A stretch of 64,000 nt of DNA from an uncultured Candidatus Saccharibacteria bacterium. GTDB lineage: Bacteria > Patescibacteriota > Minisyncoccia > Phycocordibacterales > PALSA-1337. Numbering within the stretch: the stretch's first letter is position 1; each line of letters starts with the position of its first letter. A program made the translations under genes and the position numbers. This document shows, piece by piece, positions 1 through 7,495 of this stretch. The notes beneath the pieces are model-generated. The model was given only the letters and a program-made list of their open reading frames with translations, was not told the DNA's origin and did not search any database. The stretch is from the NCBI GenBank assembly GCA_964495685.1, contig CAZBVQ010000001.1, positions 169,521 through 233,520 of the forward strand. The letters run 5' to 3'.

Positions 1-691
1 AAATAGGGCGTTGTGATGTACATATATTTGCGTGCACTGCGAATAGCGTCGACCAGCTCGGCGTAGATATGCCTGCGGCCGGGTGCCGGATAGTTGGTGA
101 TGTAGCGGAATTCACGATCACGTGCGTGTGTGCGTCTGGGGAGTGGTTTCTGGTCGGTGGCACGTCCCCACATACGGTCGAATGCATTGCTCATTTCTTT
201 GACGACTGGACCTTCGAACCTCACATTGGTATCGCGCCAATTTTTCATACTGTCGCGCACCGAAATGCTGCCAGTGTAAGAGATACGACCATCGACAACG
301 AGTGTGCGGCGATGGTTGCGGAAATACCACGAGCGGAAATTGGGGACACGGAAATAGCTCGGGATGAGGGTTTTCCAAAATACGAGGTGAATACCTCGGT
401 CACGAAGGGTGGTCACCATGTCTGATCCAAATATGGTGAAACTGCCGGCAGCGTCCCACAAGAAGCGCACGTGGACTCCTGCTGCTGCACGTTCAGCACA
501 GACGTCGATCAGTTTTTTGCCGAGGTCATCGTTTACGAAGATGAATTGTTCGAGGGATATGCTGGTCGTCGCGCGGGCACAATCGGCTAGAATGGCGTCC
601 CAGGCTTCTTTGTTCGAAGCGTAGAGGGTCCACTGCGTCGCTCTCCCTTTGGTCGAGCTATGCAGTGCAGGCATGAGTGTAGGGGAGGTCA
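1..691 (-). CDS. Phospholipase D / cardiolipin synthase family protein (N-terminal part; C-terminus beyond window start)
   Basis: Minus-strand translation from ATG at 691 reads MTSPTLMPALHSS...YFRNHRRTLVVDGRISYTGSISVRD, aligning with Cls PLD motif 1 ([21 protein letters not shown]). The ORF runs off the window so it is absent from the ORF track. The overlapping + ORF 69..425 is judged spurious. Confidence 0.7.
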
Positions 692-809
692 TAGGAGATA
701 GTATATAGGGAAAGATGGAAAAATGTAATGTCGTAGTGAAACAAAAAACTGCGTAGCACTAGGCTGCGCAGCTGTCGCGTGTCTGTCAAGACACGAGAGA
801 TCATGGGGA

Positions 810-1316
810 TCAAGGCTTCATCTTCGACGCAGTGTGCATTAATATGCAGCCAACGAAGAAGAATACAAGCCCGCAAAACATGATCATCGCAGTCCTCTCG
901 GACGGACCCTCTGCAATGCTCATTGTCGCAAGGTCGAAAATGGCCGATGAAAGTAATGATAACCAAGCAATAAAGATCGCGGACATACCAGATTGCCACA
1001 ATCTTCGAGGGGTTCCACGCCTCGGGCACGCCGGGACCTCGATATGTGGGCGCCGGGTATTATTTTTGTCCAGTGTGAATAGGGAGGCGCTTGTTAACAT
1101 ACCAAACAAGCAACCGAGCATGGTCGCTGTTTCTTTTTCAGAGCCCCTTTCCCACCAGTGGTGATAGGTTGCATGGTAGATACCAGTACCGAGCATACCC
1201 AAGAAAAAGAGGGCGGCTGATAATAGTCCCATTCTGGCCCATGGACCGATGTGACGTTTTGTTTTGCCGAAGAACTTTTTTTCGAGCAAAATCTCGAGAT
1301 CAGATTTTTCTAACAT
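810..1316 (-). CDS. Small integral membrane protein, function unknown
   Basis: 168 aa ORF with several hydrophobic helices and no recognisable motif. Confidence 0.5.
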   Translation of the reverse strand: MLEKSDLEILLEKKFFGKTKRHIGPWARMGLLSAALFFLGMLGTGIYHATYHHWWERGSEKETATMLGCLFGMLTSASLFTLDKNNTRRPHIEVPACPRRGTPRRLWQSGMSAIFIAWLSLLSSAIFDLATMSIAEGPSERTAMIMFCGLVFFFVGCILMHTASKMKP

Positions 1317-1386
1317 GACAGGATCCTTTCTGTTGAGTTCAATTACATTCTAACATGACTGATTTTAAATATGCTACCATATTCCC

Positions 1387-1836
1387 ATGGTAAATCTGGT
1401 CGACAACTCAAAAGTCCACTTCAATTATGAAATCCTCGAGAAATACGAGGCGGGTATTGAGCTCTTGGGTTTTGAGGTCAAATCACTCAAGGCGGGCCAC
1501 GGATCACTCGATGGAGCGTATGTGTTGGTACGAGGTGGGGAGGCGTACCTGACCAACCTCTTTATTCCACCATATCAGGAAAATAATACTCCCAAGGGAT
1601 ACGAACCACGAAGAAATCGTCGATTGTTGCTGGCAAAAAAAGAAATTGCGGAGCTGGCATCCAAAGAGTCAGGGAAGATGGGGTTGACAGTAGTGCCAAT
1701 TTCAATATATAATAAATCCAATCTCATCAAGGTTTCTGTCGCCGTCGTGCGTGGTAAGAAGAAGCATGACAAACGCGAGTCGATCAAGAAACGAGAGGTG
1801 GATAGAGAGGTGAGAAGGGAGTTTAGAGATCGTTGA
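1387..1836 (+). CDS. smpB: SsrA-binding protein SmpB
   Basis: 149 aa with GFEVKSLKAG..GAYVLVRGGEAYL, a typical SmpB core. It lies immediately upstream of a tmRNA gene. Confidence 0.9.
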   Translation: MVNLVDNSKVHFNYEILEKYEAGIELLGFEVKSLKAGHGSLDGAYVLVRGGEAYLTNLFIPPYQENNTPKGYEPRRNRRLLLAKKEIAELASKESGKMGLTVVPISIYNKSNLIKVSVAVVRGKKKHDKRESIKKREVDREVRREFRDR

Positions 1837-1881
1837 AAGGGAAATAATGTTCGCATTTCCTCCAGAGTTTCTGGTCGAAAA

Positions 1882-1906
1882 TTTTTTGCGACTCCGTCGC
1901 AAAAAA
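1882..1906 (+). terminator. Bidirectional rho-independent terminator (T6-GCGAC-TCC-GTCGC-A6)
   Basis: Perfect hairpin flanked by T and A runs, directly downstream of smpB. Confidence 0.6.
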
Positions 1907-1941
1907 TTGTTCGATCCGAATTTTCCTGGATAGGAAAATTC

Positions 1942-2320
1942 GGGGATGATCGGCATAGACAACCGACCATGTTCGTTCGTGCGGCGTGAGCACCAGTAAC
2001 TCATAAATCTGCTGGAAAATCTAAATGCTAAATCAACCGTTTCTCCGTATTTCGGAGCTAAGGACTTTGCATTCGCTCTTGCATAAAGAGTGCGCGTACT
2101 TCGAGGGATTCTGACTCGGAGACTACGTGTTATAACCTGAATGTAGGGAAGATGGGAGTTCTCGACCCATTGCCCGAACCAAAGAGATCGTGACGTTGTG
2201 TTTTGTCTGCTTTAGAGCAACGTCATTAAAGCGCCAGCTGGCGCTTCAAAGCTTTCTACCGCCGTAGAATCGTTCGACGCATATCAGTTGCACGCGAGTT
2301 CGATTCTCGCCATCTCCACA
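1942..2320 (+). ncRNA. ssrA: tmRNA (ssrA)
   Basis: The 5' GGGGATG pairs with the 3' CATCTCC to form a 7 bp acceptor stem (one G-U), followed by discriminator A. A T-arm GCGAG-TTCGATT-CTCGC sits just before the 3' end, and there is an internal tag-like reading frame ending TAA. The gene is adjacent to smpB. Confidence 0.8.
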
Positions 2321-2394
2321 ACATTCCATGCCTTGAACAGTCAAGGCATGATACACTAGAGTACATAGAGCACCATCGTGCTGTTCTTCGTGTC

Positions 2395-3987
2395 ATGAAC
2401 ATCCACCTCATCATCCACAATGTCGCCTCCATCTTTTCTGCGATCATTATTTTGGGGATGGGCATTTTCACGTACCTCAATGATCGACGAAGTGCCGCGA
2501 ATATCACTTTCGCACTTATGCTCGTCGGGGCATCAGTGTTCTCGATTTCACACGTCATAGGCGTCAACATCGCTGACCCCTTACTTTCACGGAGCATTCT
2601 CATGTTTAATTTGTGCATGTTTCCGGTCGGAGGATTCCTGCTCCATTCGATACTCGAGCTCGTGGGCGAAGGCAAGTCTCAGCGTTGGCTGATCATCATG
2701 ACCTATATCGTAGCCGGTCTCCTGACGGTATTTTTTGTGTGGCAACCAGATACATTCTTGCTCCCCTCGATCCCCAAGATGTATTTCCCGAATTATTATG
2801 AGCCGGGAATACTCAACTGGACGCGCCTTGTATTTCTCGATGTGATCATATTTCCATACATCCTCTATTGTCTTGCTCGTGCATATCGTAGATCTGGAAT
2901 CGGCGCCGCACGCAATCGATACGCATACTTCATTATTGCCCTTGTGTGTGGATTCTGCGTCGTGTTCATTCCCAATTTCCTTGTTGCTGATATTACCATC
3001 GACCCGCTCCTTGGTATGGTATTCGCAGTTATATGTATGATTCCATTCGCATACGGAGCTATCGCCTACGAACTCTTCAATATCAAAGTTATTGCCAAAC
3101 AGGCATTCATATATGCGATCAGCATCGCATTCGCGGGTGGGGGACTCACACTGCTCACCTGTGCAGGTATCTGGATTCGTGATGTATATCCTGGCTTTCC
3201 CGCATGGACCATCGCACTTGCTTCGGCAGTGATCGCGGTCACGGCGAGTTTCATTGTGTGGTTACGTCTTCGCGAGAATGATGTCTTGAAATATGAATTC
3301 ATCACAACAGTGACACACAAGTTCCGTACACCGCTCACACAGATACGATGGGCCACAGAAGAATTATCAGCATTGCATACGGACGATGCTGGACGTCAGC
3401 AGATACGCTATATCCAGACGGCCAATGCCAAACTGGTCGAGCTCATCGACATCCTTGCAGCCGCATCGGCCGCCGATAGTGCCAGCCATGAATATACATT
3501 TGAGCCCAACAATCTATCACGGATAACTCTCGAAGCAGTCTCACCGTATGTATCTCGAGCGGCCGAAAAACATATCACACTGGAAAGTCGTATTGATCCA
3601 GGTGTTCGAGTCATGTGTGATGCCGCCAAGATCCATTTCGTGATACAGACACTGGTCGGGAATGCTCTCGTATATACCCAGGCCGGTGGAACAATAACGG
3701 TTGTGTTGTCGGCGGATACTACACATGCAACGTGCATCGTGCGTGATACGGGTATCGGCATGAATGGGGCCGAAATTTCTCGGGTATTTTCCAAGTTTTA
3801 TCGGAGCACCTCGGCACAGAGTATTGATACCGAAGGGTTGGGTATCGGTCTGTATATGGCCAAGAAGATACTCGATCGACATCATGGCCGGATACACGCG
3901 TCATCTGCAGGTGGAGGCAAGGGGAGTGAATTCTCGTTCAGACTTCGTCGGCTGAGTGCAGATGACAGCCAGACGACAATCAGATAA
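2395..3987 (+). CDS. Sensor histidine kinase with N-terminal 7TM (HisKA_7TM-like) domain
   Basis: About 290 aa of multi-pass membrane domain, then H-box THKFRTPLTQIRW and an ATPase domain with GIGMNG...GLGIGLYMAKKILDRHHGRIHASSAGGGKGSEF. Confidence 0.85.
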   Translation: MNIHLIIHNVASIFSAIIILGMGIFTYLNDRRSAANITFALMLVGASVFSISHVIGVNIADPLLSRSILMFNLCMFPVGGFLLHSILELVGEGKSQRWLIIMTYIVAGLLTVFFVWQPDTFLLPSIPKMYFPNYYEPGILNWTRLVFLDVIIFPYILYCLARAYRRSGIGAARNRYAYFIIALVCGFCVVFIPNFLVADITIDPLLGMVFAVICMIPFAYGAIAYELFNIKVIAKQAFIYAISIAFAGGGLTLLTCAGIWIRDVYPGFPAWTIALASAVIAVTASFIVWLRLRENDVLKYEFITTVTHKFRTPLTQIRWATEELSALHTDDAGRQQIRYIQTANAKLVELIDILAAASAADSASHEYTFEPNNLSRITLEAVSPYVSRAAEKHITLESRIDPGVRVMCDAAKIHFVIQTLVGNALVYTQAGGTITVVLSADTTHATCIVRDTGIGMNGAEISRVFSKFYRSTSAQSIDTEGLGIGLYMAKKILDRHHGRIHASSAGGGKGSEFSFRLRRLSADDSQTTIR

Positions 3988-4891
3988 TATAGTTTCGTAT
4001 CATATGTATTCATACGTTTCAGTCAGACATGGTCTCGCATTCATCGCCGGCGCTATGGTGGTCGCTGCTCTGGTTATGTCAGTCGACTATCTCAATTCAT
4101 ATATCAGTCAGCATATACCCACATTCCCTTTGTGGGTGCTCCCGGGAAGTATCGGCGTTATCAGCATGCTGATCGTATTCACTGTCAGACGACGATTGCT
4201 CGAATCAGATTTTCTCAAATTTCAATTTGTCGATGTGGTCACACACAAGTTCCGTACACCACTCACGCATATCAAGTGGTCTGCTGAGGCGCTCCGATCT
4301 GAGACTGATGCACAGGCGCGAGCTCGTGCTCTCGATGTGATCGAGCAGGCAGATGGGCGATTGTTCGAGATGACCGAGAGTTTGGTCGGATTGTCACGGG
4401 CTGATGATCGGATGTATCGATATGCATTCGTCCCCGAGAATATCGTCGACGTGCTCAATGAGACATTGGCCGTCGTCGAAGATGAGGCACGCGCCAAACA
4501 CGTACGTTTCGTGTTGCATATTCAAGACCGGTTGCCGCATGTTCTGGTCGATCGCAAACGTATCCAGTTCGTCTTGCAGATGATTGTAGAGAATGCGGTT
4601 GTCTATTCGCGGGCATCGAGCAGTGTACATATCGATGTCGAGCAACGGCGTGCATTCATATACATTGCCGTACGTGATACAGGTATCGGTATTTCTCCTG
4701 TTGACATGTCGCGATTGTTCTCACGATTTTTCCGGGCTTCCAATGCAGCAGAAGTCCACACCGAAGGTTTGGGTATCGGATTGTCAGTCTCCCGTGACAT
4801 TATGAAGCGTCATGGAGGTGATCTGTGGGCCGAATCTGCTGGCACAGGCAAGGGGTCAACATTCTATATGAAGCTTCCTCTCGAGAAGTGA
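3956..4891 (+). CDS. Sensor histidine kinase (paralog of upstream kinase; start may be the ATG at 4004)
   Basis: Two TM helices, H-box VTHKFRTPLTHIKW, and G-box GLGIGLSVSRDIMKRHGGDLWAESAGTGKGSTF. It overlaps the upstream kinase by 32 nt at the annotated start. Confidence 0.8.
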   Translation: MQMTARRQSDNIVSYHMYSYVSVRHGLAFIAGAMVVAALVMSVDYLNSYISQHIPTFPLWVLPGSIGVISMLIVFTVRRRLLESDFLKFQFVDVVTHKFRTPLTHIKWSAEALRSETDAQARARALDVIEQADGRLFEMTESLVGLSRADDRMYRYAFVPENIVDVLNETLAVVEDEARAKHVRFVLHIQDRLPHVLVDRKRIQFVLQMIVENAVVYSRASSSVHIDVEQRRAFIYIAVRDTGIGISPVDMSRLFSRFFRASNAAEVHTEGLGIGLSVSRDIMKRHGGDLWAESAGTGKGSTFYMKLPLEK

Positions 4892-5007
4892 GGTGGTCAT
4901 CAGGTGGGCGTACCATTTCCTTTCTGGCCATTTTCTGTATAATCAGCCCATGACTTCATTAGGTCACCAGCAATCACATACTCCCAAGAAAGGGGGCAAG
5001 CATACGA

Positions 5008-6872
5008 TGCCGTCACGTATGAATTTCCTCAACATTGTACTTATCGTGGTACTTGGTTTTTTCCTCATTATAGGTGTGTATGCCGAATTTGGTCGTTCGG
5101 ATACTGATTCGAGTCGGGTGTCTATCTCAGTCCTAGCTACTGATATCGAAAAAGGTCAGGTGTCACGTCTCAGCGTCAACGGCGATCAGGTCACCGCTGA
5201 ATATGTCGATGCATCTGTCAAAATTGCTCAGAAGGAATCAGACTCATCTCTTTCGGAGAGTCTCATACGTTTCGGTGTGACGCAGAAACAATTGGCTTCG
5301 ACGACTATTACCGTGAATGATCCTAGCGGACTAGGATATTGGCTCGGTCAGCTCGCACCATTCTTGGCACCCATCATCTTCCTCGTATTCTTCATCTGGA
5401 TCCTCTCGCGCCAAGTCAAAGGTGCTGGCGTCCAAGCACTCTCATTCGGTCAGTCCAAGGCGCGTATCACCATGCCTGATGACAAGAAGCAGAAGGTGAC
5501 GTTCAAGGATATCGCTGGCGCAAAAGAAGCCAAGCAAGAATTGTCGGAGATCGTGGACTTCCTGAAGAATCCGCGCAAGTTCATCGAGATTGGTGCAGAA
5601 ATCCCCAAGGGTGTGCTCCTCATGGGTGCACCAGGTACCGGTAAGACACTCCTTGCTCGCGCAGTTGCTGGCGAGGCAAATGTCGCATTCTTCTCCATTT
5701 CAGGATCTGAATTCGTCGAGATGTTCGTCGGTGTAGGAGCGTCTCGTGTTCGTGATCTATTCAAGATGGCCAAGGAGGCGGCGCCAGCTATTGTCTTCGT
5801 AGATGAAATTGATGCAGTCGGTCGTGCTCGTGGCTCTGGTATGGGTGGTGGCAATGACGAGCGTGAACAAACGCTCAACCAAATTCTAGTCGAAATGGAT
5901 GGTTTCGAACCCAATGAGAAGGTCATAGTCATGGCGGCCACCAACAGACCTGATGTGCTCGACCCAGCCCTGCTTCGTCCAGGACGTTTCGATCGTCGTG
6001 TCACTATCGATCTGCCTGACAGGGGAGATCGTCAGGAGATTCTCAAGATTCATGGTGCCAAGAAGCAGTTGGCTGAGGATGTGAATATTTCCGTTGTCGC
6101 TGAGCGTACCCCTGGATTCTCTGGTGCAGATCTGGCTTCGCTCATGAATGAAGCGGCAATCCTGGCTGCGCGTGAAGACCGCAAGAAGATAGGGCAGTTC
6201 GATCTGATCCGTTCTATCGAGAAGGTCATGCTCGGGCCTGAGCGCCGTAGTCACGTCTTGTCTGTACAAGAAAAAGAGATTACGGCATATCATGAGGCCG
6301 GTCACGCTATAGTCGCCTCAGTTCTTCCGCATGCTGATCCGGTGCACAAGATTTCTATCATCTCTCGTGGACGTGCTGCTGGGTATACCTTGAAATTACC
6401 GCTGGAAGATCGCAAGCTCCAGTCGCGTAAGGAGTTCCTCGATGATATCGCCGTTTCACTCGGCGGATATGTTGCGGAGCGTATGATATATGATGATTTC
6501 ACTACTGGTGCTTCAAATGACCTCCAAGTCTCTACTTCTTTGGCTCGCGCCATGGTTACGCAGTACGGTATGTCAGAGAAGATTGGTCCGGTGGCACTCG
6601 AGAGTCCAGCGGGTAAAGTACTCTTCGGTCAGGGAGTTTCAGATCGCGATTATTCAGAGAAGGTTGCTGCCGAAGTCGATGCTGAGGTTACGCGCATCAT
6701 GACCGAGGCACGCACTCTCGCTGAGCAGACACTCAAGGAGCATGAGAAAGCGTTTGAAGCAGTAACACAGAGGTTGGTCGAGAAGGAGACGGTTGAACGT
6801 GATGAATACGAGGCGATCATTGCTGCGCACGGGATTAAGATCAAGAAGAAGGAGGAGGTGAAAGTTGTGTAG
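5008..6872 (+). CDS. ftsH: ATP-dependent zinc metalloprotease FtsH (ORF opens at 4893; ATG at 5008 with RBS-like AAGGGGG is the more likely start)
   Basis: Walker [19 protein letters not shown] and AAA SRH region, with zinc site [12 protein letters not shown] helix and a second hydrophobic segment are present at the N-terminus. Confidence 0.95.
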
Positions 6873-6924
6873 GGTTGACTTTCAAAAAATAGAGAGTAGG
6901 CTTTCCAGCGAGAAAGGATCTTTC

Positions 6925-7317
6925 ATGACTACGCGATATTTTTTTCAGTGTTGTAGAGAGTTGGTTAGTCTAAAGTGGAAAGTTGTGCTGAATCGCTCTG
7001 GTTACATATTTGTGTACAACTGGACCAACCGACTAATTGCTGATAGTACGGCATGTCTCCATCCCGCGGTTGCTGTTGCACTTGAAGTCAAAGGGTGTCG
7101 TCCTACCGGTCAGGCCGATATTGATGTTCCTGTTTCGATTAGCGTTCTCGCATTGCCAGCTGGTTTTGGTCCTCGATTAAATCAGGCTGTAGCTCGTGGA
7201 GAAGGACTTCCGAAGGATGCGATAGAAGTCAGAGAAGCGCTCTTGCACTATCTTGGTTCCCATAATCTCTACCAGCCGCCGCTCGACTCTATTCGAGGAG
7301 TGAAGATTATCGAATGA
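6925..7317 (+). CDS. Hypothetical protein (weak call)
   Basis: ORF 6865..7317 overlaps the ftsH stop. No motifs were found, and an internal ATG at 6925 is a possible start. Confidence 0.25.
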   Translation: MTTRYFFQCCRELVSLKWKVVLNRSGYIFVYNWTNRLIADSTACLHPAVAVALEVKGCRPTGQADIDVPVSISVLALPAGFGPRLNQAVARGEGLPKDAIEVREALLHYLGSHNLYQPPLDSIRGVKIIE

Positions 7318-7410
7318 CATTTCGTGGGTCTTGTCCTTAAGCGCGCCGGTGATGTTGGCGTGCTTTTTATTAGTTGTATCAATCTTCAGTTTATCCTATG
7401 ATGATGACAC

Positions 7411-7484
7411 CCGCCCCTAGCTCAGCTGGTTAGAGCATCGAGCTTATACCTCGAGGGTCCTTGGTTCGAGTCCAAGGGGGCGGA
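7411..7484 (+). tRNA. tRNA with anticodon UAU (tRNA-Ile2-like, reads AUA)
   Basis: Cloverleaf with acceptor CCGCCCC/GGGGCGG, D-arm GCTC-AGCTGGTTA-GAGC, anticodon arm TCGAG-CTTATAC-CTCGA, T-arm CTTGG-TTCGAGT-CCAAG and discriminator A. Confidence 0.7.
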
Positions 7485-7495
7485 CAAAATATAGG

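Noticed and set aside
69-425. + strand ORF 118 aa at window start
   Set aside because: The opposite strand encodes a convincing PLD/cardiolipin-synthase homolog across the same region, and the + ORF has no motifs.
5450-6004. 184 aa minus-strand ORF inside ftsH, plus several other antisense ORFs within ftsH, recG, pilB and pyrG
   Set aside because: They lie entirely antisense to highly conserved coding sequence and have Arg/Ser-rich composition typical of GC-rich antisense frames.
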